In this document: positions 28,698-37,016 of the stretch, one piece after another
Position numbering within the stretch: the stretch's first letter is position 1
Layout: each line of letters starts with the position of its first letter
NCBI GenBank assembly: GCA_002839605.1
Contig: PGYK01000003.1
Span: 96,229 to 160,228, forward strand
Length of the DNA stretch: 64,000 nucleotides
Reading direction: 5' to 3'
DNA from: Methanomicrobiales archaeon HGW-Methanomicrobiales-3
Lineage (GTDB): Archaea; Halobacteriota; Methanomicrobia; Methanomicrobiales; Methanospirillaceae
Position numbers and translations under genes: made by a program
The notes under the pieces: generated by a model
What the model was told of the DNA's origin: nothing
Databases searched by the model: none
Seen by the model: the letters and a program-made list of their open reading frames with translations, nothing else

Positions 28698-29627
28698 GTG
28701 GCGGACAGAGCGTTTATTGACGAACAGGAGCGGACGGGCAGAGTTATGGGCGACAACGAAGCCGGGGCGGACTGCAACGCACAGGACTGGTGCGGGATCG
28801 ACTGGACCCGTTGGTTCCCGTTTTCCCTGGAGAGCACGCGGACCGGTGCAATCCCCGATGCCCCCGGCATCTACCGCATCCGGGCTGCCGGCGCACCAAA
28901 CCTGATGTATATCGGCAGGACCGACACATCGCTCCGGAACGTGTTTAACGGGATCCGGCAGAGCACGGCACGAATGCAGATGCCATGGGTTGACCCGTAT
29001 CCCGTTGCCCCCGCCCTCTGGGCCTGGAAGGATGCCAAGGGATTTTCTTTTGAGTTCTCCGCGGTACCGATGGAGGAGTCGGCAACACGGCGGAAGACCG
29101 GGCTCTGCTACCTCCTGTACCGGTACCGGCAGGAAAAGCGCGATTCACCGGCCTGCAACTTCGGGCGGTTCCACAGGAAGTACCGCTGTTCTTCGACCGA
29201 GCGCGAAGGGATCGCCGGGGGGCCCATCGCACCGCAGGATCCGAAAAATCCCGCAGGCGGACCGGCCACCTCGCCCCTCCCCCCCACCGGCTCCCCGGGG
29301 GATGCGAACTGGATGGGCCTTGCATGGTCGCCGAAGCGTGAGCTTTTAGCCCACACCACGACAGCGGTTCCGCAGGCACAGGGCGTATATCTCCTCTTCG
29401 ATGGCGGAGCCGGCCCCCTTCTTGCCGTCCGCACCGCGGAGAACTGTTCGCAGGCCCTGTTCGAGCTGAGTAAAAATCCGCCGGAAGGAAGGACCCTTGC
29501 GTTCATGGTCTGCTGCGAGGCAAAGCCGGTAGCGGGGCACAACCACCGTGAACGCCAGTGCGACCTTGCCGGCCATTTCATCGAGCTCAACCTCGAAGCA
29601 CCGGCCCTGCAGTTCCGGGAAGAATAA
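28698..29627 (+). CDS. Hypothetical protein with tandem GIY-YIG-like domains (first canonical, second degenerate)
   Basis: PGIYRIRAAGAPNLMYIGRTDTSLRNVF fits GIY-X11-YIG-X6-R. A Pro/Gly-rich linker follows, then QGVYLLFDGGAGPLLAVRTAENCSQALF. The ORF track starts at GTG 28698. ATG 28746 is an alternative start, downstream of the TATA-like ATAAAGTGTATAT at 28682-28694. Confidence 0.6.
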   Translation: MADRAFIDEQERTGRVMGDNEAGADCNAQDWCGIDWTRWFPFSLESTRTGAIPDAPGIYRIRAAGAPNLMYIGRTDTSLRNVFNGIRQSTARMQMPWVDPYPVAPALWAWKDAKGFSFEFSAVPMEESATRRKTGLCYLLYRYRQEKRDSPACNFGRFHRKYRCSSTEREGIAGGPIAPQDPKNPAGGPATSPLPPTGSPGDANWMGLAWSPKRELLAHTTTAVPQAQGVYLLFDGGAGPLLAVRTAENCSQALFELSKNPPEGRTLAFMVCCEAKPVAGHNHRERQCDLAGHFIELNLEAPALQFREE

Positions 29628-29687
29628 CCTGTGGTAACCTGCCCTCAACCCAAAACAATATCTGTGGTCGTCGTGCAATGCAGGTAC

Positions 29688-30065
29688 ATGGCAGAAACCA
29701 GGCAGGCCTTTGGATTTTTCGTGATCATCGCAACCCTCATCATCGCCCTCCTTATCGCAGCCGCCCTGCAGCCGCTTGCCGGCAGGTGGGATGCCGTCCT
29801 CTTCGTCACCGCACTCTTCGCGCTCCTGTGGGCAGTCTCATCAAAGCGGGGCTGGACACACCACATCGACCTGCCATTCGTCCGGTCGGATGCGGTGAGC
29901 GACTGGTTCCTCGGGCTCCTTGCCATGGTTGTCGCGCTTGCAGTCTCCTGGTATGCCGGAAATGCCGTGGCAGGGATGTATTCGGACCTTGCCGGGATAT
30001 TCTTCGGGCTGGTCCTCTTTGGCATCATCATGATGGCGGTCTCATCGGTGAAGGAGTGGGAATAG
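29688..30065 (+). CDS. Hypothetical small integral membrane protein (4 predicted TM helices)
   Basis: ORF 29631-30065, trimmed to ATG 29688 (MAETRQAFGFFVIIATLIIALLIAAAL...). Four hydrophobic stretches are separated by short polar loops. Confidence 0.55.
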   Translation: MAETRQAFGFFVIIATLIIALLIAAALQPLAGRWDAVLFVTALFALLWAVSSKRGWTHHIDLPFVRSDAVSDWFLGLLAMVVALAVSWYAGNAVAGMYSDLAGIFFGLVLFGIIMMAVSSVKEWE

Positions 30066-30153
30066 AGCCAGGACTTTTCGATTATCGCCCAATGAGGAAA
30101 CATATTTCTAAAAAATTCTATCCGCTTTGAAAATCGGGTATCTTAATGACACG

Positions 30154-30295
30154 GATGATGGGGGTTGAGACCCCCATACCCCCAATAACGATAAACACCG
30201 CCACTCCCGCGGAGCTTCCTGTGTGGCGGATCAAACGGTTGTAATGGTTATCTGCCGTTTTCTCTTGAACCTGGGTGAACCGGAACGGTATATTT
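30154..30295 (+). repeat. GC-rich double-hairpin intergenic module, copy 2
   Basis: GATGATGGGGGTTGAGACCCCCATACCCCC...GGCGGATCAAACGGTTGTAATGGTTATCTGCCGTTTTC aligns with 381-520. Confidence 0.8.
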
Positions 30296-30536
30296 CCGTT
30301 CTAACACTGCCGATTTTACTGCATTGGCAATTTCTGCACGAAATAACGGGTCAAGGGTTCGGAGAAATGCACAGACATCACTATCTGTGTGGGGAAATCG
30401 GTGGGACTCTTCATCACCCGCGTTGGTGCCGGATGAAAGATTTTTTTTGATATTCTTCATTGTCAGGGAAGTTTTGATCGTACCGGGCAATACAGGTAAC
30501 GGACGGATTTATTGAACAGAGGTGTATGCGATAGCC

Positions 30537-30581
30537 CCGCCGCCTTCCGCGGAGCGCCCCAGGCGGCGGATCAACACGTTG
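30537..30581 (+). repeat. Partial module (HP2 only: CCGCCGCC-N17-GGCGGCGG followed by ATCAACACGTTG)
   Basis: Matches the second hairpin and the following ATCAAgACtGTTG of the copies at 425-470 and 30196-30240. Confidence 0.6.
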
Positions 30582-30771
30582 CCACTCAAGCATAACCGGT
30601 AAAACAACACCATCCCAAAGCGCAGGGGGGCCACGGGGGGACAGGCACTGTCCCCCCTGTCACACATCAGCAGCCCCGGCATCTAAAAATAGCCATCTTT
30701 CTTCTTATGGCACACCTTCGCCCCGCACCCCCACACTCATAAAACATTCAACCGCCAACATACTAAGCGAA

Positions 30772-32778
30772 ATGGACGGCATCGACACCTACTTCCCCTA
30801 CAGCGAATACCGCCCGGGCCAGCGCCACATGCTCGAAGTCGCGGCAACGGTAGCCCGCGAGGGCGGTATCGCCATGATCGATGCCCCGACCGGCTCCGGG
30901 AAGTCGAGCGTTGTTGCCTCGCTCCTTGCGGAGCGAAAGAAAAAGAAGATCGTGATCGCAGTCCGGACCGTCAGCCAGCTCACCACATTCATCCGCGAAC
31001 TCGAACTCGTCAAGAGAAAGCAGCCGCAGATCAAGACCGTGTACCTTGTGGGCAAGAAGAGCATGTGCCCGCTTGGCGGCGAAGGGGACATCTACCGGAG
31101 GTGCGAAGGGGTCAAGGCCTTCTCGAACTCCCTCATGCGTGACCGGGCCGACAAGGGAGCGCTGACTCCTGCAAAAGACCCGTTCATCATCCAGCAGATC
31201 CGCCGGCAGGACAAGGAGCACCCGATGCTCTGCCCGTATTACATCGCGAGCAAGATGTTCGTGCCCGGCGAATCGATGGGGGTCAAGATGGTCCCTTCGA
31301 CTGCGCTGCGGAACAAGGCAGACCGGATCATCGCAAATCCTGTCCCGCCCCGGGAACTGAACGAGTTCTGCGGCGAGATCTGCCCGTACGAACTCATGAT
31401 GCAGGCAGCCCGGAACACGGACGTGGTCATCCTCAACTACCACCACCTCTTCAACCGGGACATCCGCGAGCAGCTCTATGCCAACCTTGGCGTAGAACCG
31501 CAGGACGTCCTCCTCCTCATCGACGAGGCGCACAACTGCGGCGATGTCATCACCGGCATCGAGAGCGTGTCCTTGGAAGAGCGGGACCTTGAACAGGCAT
31601 CCCGCGAACTGGCGGGCATGGCCCGGCGCCACAAGGGGGCAGAAGCCGTCCGGCACGTGCTCCCCCGGCTCACCGAGTTCATCCACGGGCTTGCGAATTC
31701 CCAGGAGGCAGAGGACTGGTTCGATCCCGCCATCTTCGGGCGGATGATCCTGCGTGAATCGCTCTACAAGGAGATGGACGAGATCGTGGACGACCTTATG
31801 GGGCTTGCCGAGACCATGCGGGAGAAGAACATCAAGGGCGGGGATTTCCGCGAGACTGCCATCGAGCGACTGACAACCTTCATGGTCCGGCTCTCCCACT
31901 CCGCTACCGACCCGGCGTTCCTCACGGTCTACCACCGGGACGAGAGCGGGACGGCGCTTGAGGTCCGGAACATCGATCCTGCCGCGTCCCTCTCGGAAGT
32001 CTGCGGCTCACACGGCTGCTGCATCCTCATCTCGGGCACCCTCTCACCCGTGGAGAGTTTCCGGAAATTCTATTTCGGCAAAGCTGCCGTGACCACGCTT
32101 GTCCTCCCGAATGCCTTCCCACGGGAGAACCGGATCGTTGCCTGCGCAAACGACATCACCACCGCGTTCTCCATGCGGCAGAACAAGGACAATACCAGCC
32201 GGATCGTGGAGTATATCCGTGCGTTCGCGGGACTCAAAGGCAACCGGGCCATCTACTTCCCGAGTTACCAGATCCTCGAGACCTACGCGAACCTCGCGAC
32301 ATCGCATATCCGCAACAGGAAGATCTTCATCGAGCCCCGGGACGCTGCCGATGCCAGCGCAGCCCTCACCCATTTCCTCTCGCTGCCCTCCCGCGGCGAG
32401 TCCGGCGTCATGTTCGCGGTCTGCGGCGGGAAGTGGAGCGAGGGGCTCGATTACCGGGGCGAGATGCTGAACGGGGCAATGGTCGTGGGGCTCCCGCTCG
32501 CCCCCTTCAACCGGGTCCGGAAGATGATGATCGAGTATTTCCGGATGAAGTTCGGGCCTGAGGGCGAGTTCCTCTGCTACACGCTGCCGGCCATCAACAA
32601 GTCCTTACAGGCGCTCGGCCGGGTTTTGCGGACGCCCGAGGACCGGGGCGTGCTCGTCCTTGCCGAGAAACGCTTCCTGGAACGACGCGTCCGCGAAGGC
32701 CTCCCGCCCTGGATCCAGCAGGAGATGATCGAGTGCGATGCTGATACGTTCCGCGAGGTTGTCGCACAATGGAAGTGA
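30772..32778 (+). CDS. xpd: XPD/Rad3-family (DinG-like) Fe-S DNA helicase
   Basis: 668 aa. Walker A is DAPTGSGKS and the DEAH-type box is IDEAHN. Four Cys lie between motifs Ia and II (MCPLGG, RRCEG, LCPYY, CGEICPYE), as in the XPD 4Fe-4S domain. The C-terminal motifs are GKWSEGLDY and ALGRVLRTPED. Confidence 0.85.
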   Translation: MDGIDTYFPYSEYRPGQRHMLEVAATVAREGGIAMIDAPTGSGKSSVVASLLAERKKKKIVIAVRTVSQLTTFIRELELVKRKQPQIKTVYLVGKKSMCPLGGEGDIYRRCEGVKAFSNSLMRDRADKGALTPAKDPFIIQQIRRQDKEHPMLCPYYIASKMFVPGESMGVKMVPSTALRNKADRIIANPVPPRELNEFCGEICPYELMMQAARNTDVVILNYHHLFNRDIREQLYANLGVEPQDVLLLIDEAHNCGDVITGIESVSLEERDLEQASRELAGMARRHKGAEAVRHVLPRLTEFIHGLANSQEAEDWFDPAIFGRMILRESLYKEMDEIVDDLMGLAETMREKNIKGGDFRETAIERLTTFMVRLSHSATDPAFLTVYHRDESGTALEVRNIDPAASLSEVCGSHGCCILISGTLSPVESFRKFYFGKAAVTTLVLPNAFPRENRIVACANDITTAFSMRQNKDNTSRIVEYIRAFAGLKGNRAIYFPSYQILETYANLATSHIRNRKIFIEPRDAADASAALTHFLSLPSRGESGVMFAVCGGKWSEGLDYRGEMLNGAMVVGLPLAPFNRVRKMMIEYFRMKFGPEGEFLCYTLPAINKSLQALGRVLRTPEDRGVLVLAEKRFLERRVREGLPPWIQQEMIECDADTFREVVAQWK

Positions 32779-33263
32779 CCGGTGGCTCCTGCCGGCTCGG
32801 GCTCTGGTTTGTGCATGTCTGGAGCGATGGCACGACTATCCACCGGGTCCGGTTTGCGAAGACCGGGATTGACGGGGAAGTCCCGGAGCAGGTACGGCAG
32901 TACTGCGCCGGCCGGTTAATTGACCTGACAACCCTTCCCACCATTGCGATTCATGACGATACCGTGTACAGCCGGATCTACCGGGCCGTGCAGGCCATAC
33001 CGTACGGGAAGACGGCCACCTATGGAGAGATCGCCGCCAGCGTTGGCACCTCCCCCCGGGCTGTCGGGCAGGCCATGGCCCGGAACCCGACCCCGCTCGT
33101 GATCCCCTGCCACCGGGTCGTGGCCGCGGACGGGATCGGGGGATTCTCGCCCGATGTCGCGATCAAGGAGCTGCTGCTCGCAATGGAGAAGAAGACGATT
33201 CAAAAACTACATGTGGCAAAAAAAACCACGTACCTACCAGCAACAGGAATTTTTGGGAGGTGA
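32769..33263 (+). CDS. ogt: Methylated-DNA-protein-cysteine methyltransferase (O6-alkylguanine-DNA alkyltransferase)
   Basis: 164 aa. The active-site motif is IPCHRVV, preceded by YGKTATYGEIA...SPRAVGQA. Its ATG overlaps the xpd stop (ATGGAAGTGA). Confidence 0.85.
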   Translation: MEVTGGSCRLGLWFVHVWSDGTTIHRVRFAKTGIDGEVPEQVRQYCAGRLIDLTTLPTIAIHDDTVYSRIYRAVQAIPYGKTATYGEIAASVGTSPRAVGQAMARNPTPLVIPCHRVVAADGIGGFSPDVAIKELLLAMEKKTIQKLHVAKKTTYLPATGIFGR

Positions 33264-33282
33264 AAGGGAGGTGAGCACACGG

Positions 33283-33900
33283 ATGGTGAAACGGTCGGCA
33301 GTTATCCTTGTCGGGGGAGAAGCAAAGCGGGCCAACGGGCAGGAGAAGTACTTCTTCGTGTACGAGGGGAAGACCTTCATCGAGCGGCTCATCGACACCC
33401 TCTCGCAGGTGGTTGACGAGATCATCCTTGTGGCAAAAGACCCCGAGCAGTGCAAACGCTTCCGCCACCTTGAAGGTGTCCGCTGCATCACCGACATCCG
33501 CCCGGGGATCGGCCCGATCGGGGGCCTCCATGCCGGCACTCTGGCTGCGCATGGCGATACGCTCTTTGTCTCCGCGTGCGACATGCCCTGCATCGAGAGC
33601 GGGGTTGTCCGGTACCTCTTCGAGGCCATTGGTGACGGGGATGCCGCCATCCCGAGCTGGAACTTCGACATGATCGAGCCGCTCCACGCGGTATACCGGC
33701 GCTCGGTCCTCCTGTCATATCTTGAAGACCACGAGTCTTACTCTCTGCGCCCGATGATAAGGAGCATCAACACCCGGTATGTGCCGGTCGAGGATCTGCG
33801 GAAGTTCGACCCCTCCCTAAAAACCTTCACCAACATCAACAAGATCGAGGACCTCGAACGGATCAACGGCGAGATTCCGGCAGGGCAAAAGCAGGGCTGA
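33283..33900 (+). CDS. mobA: Molybdenum cofactor guanylyltransferase (MobA-like nucleotidyltransferase)
   Basis: ORF 33154-33900, trimmed to ATG 33283, which is preceded by GGAGGTGA. Contains AVILVGGEAKRANG..K, CITDIRPGIGPIGGL, ACDMPC, and a C-terminal FTNINKIEDL. Confidence 0.7.
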   Translation: MVKRSAVILVGGEAKRANGQEKYFFVYEGKTFIERLIDTLSQVVDEIILVAKDPEQCKRFRHLEGVRCITDIRPGIGPIGGLHAGTLAAHGDTLFVSACDMPCIESGVVRYLFEAIGDGDAAIPSWNFDMIEPLHAVYRRSVLLSYLEDHESYSLRPMIRSINTRYVPVEDLRKFDPSLKTFTNINKIEDLERINGEIPAGQKQG

Positions 33901-34020
33901 CCCACCGTTTTTCGGGATTTTTTTGACATTTCAACCTGTAATTATTATAAAGGATGAGATCATCGACTATACTGGAGCAATGCATATGGATCTCCGTGCA
34001 GGCCGGCACGGGGCGTTCAT

Positions 34021-34899
34021 GTGCAGGAGAAAATTTCAATAATGCAACGGTTGTCCGGTGAGAACGAGGAGATTTTGCAGCTCTTCATCCTCGCTGCCTC
34101 CTGTATCGGGGCGATCCTCACCACCATATTTTCCCTCACCCACGGGATCTTCGAGGTCTTTTCCTTTCTCTATATTCTGCCCATCATCCTCTGCGTCTAT
34201 TTTTACCCGAAACGGGCAGTGTTCTTCACCCTCGCCCTCAGCCTCACGTACATCGGCCAGATTTATCTCCTCGGGTTCGCCAACACGCATATGATCGCGG
34301 CAGCCACGGCATGGTTTGCCATCTTCATGACGATCGGCGTGGTGGCGTCATCGTATGCCAACCGGATGCATGATGAACGCGTCCGTATCCACAACATTTT
34401 AAAGAACTCGCAGGACGGGATCCTCTGCTTTGATCCGGAATCCGAGACCATCATCGAGCTCAATTTTAAATTCTCCCGGTGGCTCCGGTACGATTCTGAA
34501 GAACTCATCGGTCGCAGGCTTGCGCAGATCTGGTGTGATGCTGCGGAGCGGGAACGGTTTGTTGCCAGGATCCGCAGGGCAGGCAGGGACACCCCCGAGA
34601 CTGAAGGACTGTTCCGGGCAAAGGACGGCACGATCCTCCGGTTTGTCCTGTCAGTTATCCTGGTCTCAAAAAACCGCGTCTACTGCTCGATCATTGACAT
34701 CACGGGCAGCAAGATTGTGGACGAGGAGATCCGGCGCACGCTTGAGGATCTTGAAGAGCAGGTCAAAGCCCGCACGGCACATCTTGAACGGATCAACGAA
34801 GACCTCCGCAGGGAGATCCTGGAGCGGCGGCAGTTCGAGCAGACCATCCTGGCAGCGCCGGCGGATGAGAACCGGGCCGATGGAGGTGAGGAGAAGTGA
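34021..34899 (+). CDS. Membrane sensor protein (polytopic N-terminal domain + one PAS + coiled coil), no kinase domain
   Basis: 292 aa. The N-terminal membrane domain is paralogous to those of 34896-36350 and 42228-43601 (SLTHGIFEVFSFLYILPIILCVYFYP). The protein ends after a coiled-coil segment, with no H-box or ATPase boxes. Confidence 0.75.
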   Translation: MQEKISIMQRLSGENEEILQLFILAASCIGAILTTIFSLTHGIFEVFSFLYILPIILCVYFYPKRAVFFTLALSLTYIGQIYLLGFANTHMIAAATAWFAIFMTIGVVASSYANRMHDERVRIHNILKNSQDGILCFDPESETIIELNFKFSRWLRYDSEELIGRRLAQIWCDAAERERFVARIRRAGRDTPETEGLFRAKDGTILRFVLSVILVSKNRVYCSIIDITGSKIVDEEIRRTLEDLEEQVKARTAHLERINEDLRREILERRQFEQTILAAPADENRADGGEEK

Positions 34900-36350
34900 C
34901 CGTGCCGGAGTCATTCCAGATCCGGGTATTCTGGGGGATCGCGATCGGCATAAGTATCCTTATCGCGATCATCTCCACGGTCTTCTCCTTAACTCACGGC
35001 ATCTACGAAGTATTCCCGTTCCTCTACTTCCTGCCCATCATCCTCTTCGTGTACCGGCATCCCCGGCACGGCGTGGTATTCTCGCTCCTCATCAGCATCA
35101 CGTACCTCATCCTCATCTACCTGCTCAGCCACTTCAACCCGATGCTTGTCGCTGTCTCCACGGCATGGTTTGTCATCTTTGTCACCATCGGGGTTGTCAC
35201 CTCATCGTTTGCAGAAGGGATGCGGTCAGAGGAGCGGAAATACCAGGGGATCTTCGAGAACTCGCAGGCAGGCATCATCACCTTCGATCTCGGCACAAAG
35301 AAGATCCTGGACCTGAACGGGAGATGTGCCCGCATGCTCAGATGCGAACAGAAGGATCTCATCGGCAGGGACTTATCCTTCGTCCTTCCGGCCACCGAAG
35401 AGCGCGATCTGCTCCTGCAGGAGATCGAGACCCGCATCCATACCATTGACCACGAGATCCGGTTTGTCATGAACGATGGAGCAGTCCGGGAATTCCTCGT
35501 CTCTGCATCCCGGTCGCCGGGTGATATGGCCATCTGTTCGCTCATCGACATCACCGAGCGCAAACTTGCAGAGAAGGTGATCCAGAAAGCAAAAGATGAG
35601 CTGGAAGACCGGGTCCGTGAGAGAACCGATGAGCTCCTCCGGGCAAACGGGATCCTCAAGGCGGAGATCCAGGAGCGCAAGCGGTTCGAGACTGCAATCC
35701 AGCTGGCAAACCGGAAACTCAACACCCTCTCGTCCATCACCCGCCACGATATCCTTAACCAGATAACCGCAATCGTGATGTATCTCTCCCTTGCCGAGGA
35801 GACCAACAAGGACCCGCAGGTCGATGAACACCTGAAGAAGATCGGGGATATCACCCGGCTGATCCAGCGGCAGATCCGGTTCACCCGCGATTACCAGAAC
35901 GTTGGTTCCACCGCTCCTTCGTGGCAGGAAGTAACCCAGGTTGTCATCGAAGCACAAAAGGATCTCAGCCCATCGGAAATTCACATCAGGACCGATCTTG
36001 ACGATCTCGAAGTTTTTGCCGATCTCCTGCTCGGGCGGGTCTTTTCAAACCTGATCGACAACACAATCCGTCACGGGGAGCATGCCACGGTCATCCAAAT
36101 CTCGTACCGGCGGAAGGATGAGGCACTGGTGATCGTGTACGAGGATGACGGCGTGGGTATTCCCGAAGGGGTCAAGGAGAAGATCTTCCGGCGCGAGTTT
36201 TACCGCAACACGGGATATGGCCTCTTCCTGTCACAGGAGATCCTTGGCATCACGGGCGCCGTCATGAAGGAAACCGGAGTGCCGGGTACCGGTGCCCGGT
36301 TCGAGATCCAGTTCCCGAAGGGGATGTTCCGGTTCCCGGACGGGGAGTGA
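34896..36350 (+). CDS. Membrane sensor histidine kinase (same N-terminal membrane domain + PAS + HisKA/HATPase)
   Basis: 484 aa. The GTG start overlaps the upstream stop (GTGA). The H-box is ITRHDILNQITAIVMYLSLAE, and the ATPase boxes are DNTIRHG, YEDDGVGIP and GYGLFLSQEIL. Confidence 0.85.
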   Translation: MTVPESFQIRVFWGIAIGISILIAIISTVFSLTHGIYEVFPFLYFLPIILFVYRHPRHGVVFSLLISITYLILIYLLSHFNPMLVAVSTAWFVIFVTIGVVTSSFAEGMRSEERKYQGIFENSQAGIITFDLGTKKILDLNGRCARMLRCEQKDLIGRDLSFVLPATEERDLLLQEIETRIHTIDHEIRFVMNDGAVREFLVSASRSPGDMAICSLIDITERKLAEKVIQKAKDELEDRVRERTDELLRANGILKAEIQERKRFETAIQLANRKLNTLSSITRHDILNQITAIVMYLSLAEETNKDPQVDEHLKKIGDITRLIQRQIRFTRDYQNVGSTAPSWQEVTQVVIEAQKDLSPSEIHIRTDLDDLEVFADLLLGRVFSNLIDNTIRHGEHATVIQISYRRKDEALVIVYEDDGVGIPEGVKEKIFRREFYRNTGYGLFLSQEILGITGAVMKETGVPGTGARFEIQFPKGMFRFPDGE

Positions 36351-36374
36351 GGCAACAGAAAAAAATCTCCCGGG

Positions 36375-37016
36375 GATTTGTTAGTCCGTGCGGGTTTTTT
36401 TATTATTTCTACTCTGTTGAAACGAGCCTGAACGGGAGTTCCCACCCGAAGCATGAAAAATCCCTGATAAAAAAATAACGTCCTCGCCCGCATCCTTGCG
36501 CTCCTTATGGGGGCGGCAAGGCCCCCAATGTCGCGCAATGGTCAGGCGACGGATGCGATTGTGCCCCATATGGCGTGCATGCGGGGCCCTCAAACAGAAT
36601 ATTTCGCGCGAAATTTACATGAAAAACCGAATTGAAGCCGCCGCGGGAGCGCCCCCGCGGGGGCGGCGGTAGTAATCCCCAAGGGGGTATGGGGGTCTCA
36701 ACCCCCATAATCTATTTTTCCGGGAATCCGTTTTTCATTTAAAAAAAACCTGCGATGGATTCTATTGGGTTGCGACGAAGCCACGGGCGCTCGGGGTCTC
36801 ATCGACCCTCGCCCCGTGGAGCATAATCGTGTACTGGGATCCAAACAAAAAAAGGAATCGGGAACGGGGGTTTTGGGGGCTTGACCCCGCAGGCTGCCTC
36901 CCTCCTTTTTAGGTAGAGTGGGGGCCACCATTGTAATTTTTACAAAAGGACGCTGTGGGAATGATTTCTCCAGAGAAAAAAATCCAAATAAAAAAGGAGA
37001 TCCACTTCCTTTTATT
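36375..37016. repeat. Composite intergenic cassette, copy A (convergent gene ends; contains the double-hairpin module, a GCCACGGGCGCTCGGGGTCTCATCGACCCTCGCCCCGTGGAGCA module and a GGGGCTTGACCCC...TTTAGGTAGAG module)
   Basis: Co-linear homology by eye with 61290-61896 in the same orientation. Several blocks of 40-45 nt are identical or nearly identical. Confidence 0.85.
36965..37016 (-). terminator. Oligo-T tracts immediately downstream of pyrK (archaeal-type terminator)
   Basis: After the stop, the minus strand reads AATAAAAGGAAGTGGATCTCCTTTTTTATTTGGATTTTTTTCTCTGG. The same two T-tracts occur downstream of rbcL. Confidence 0.55.

Noticed and set aside
30763-31935. 390-aa minus-strand ORF
   Set aside because: It is antisense to the XPD helicase gene, which has clear motifs. 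Its composition is dominated by D/E/R/G/H/V/L/P/A, typical of a G+C-rich shadow ORF.
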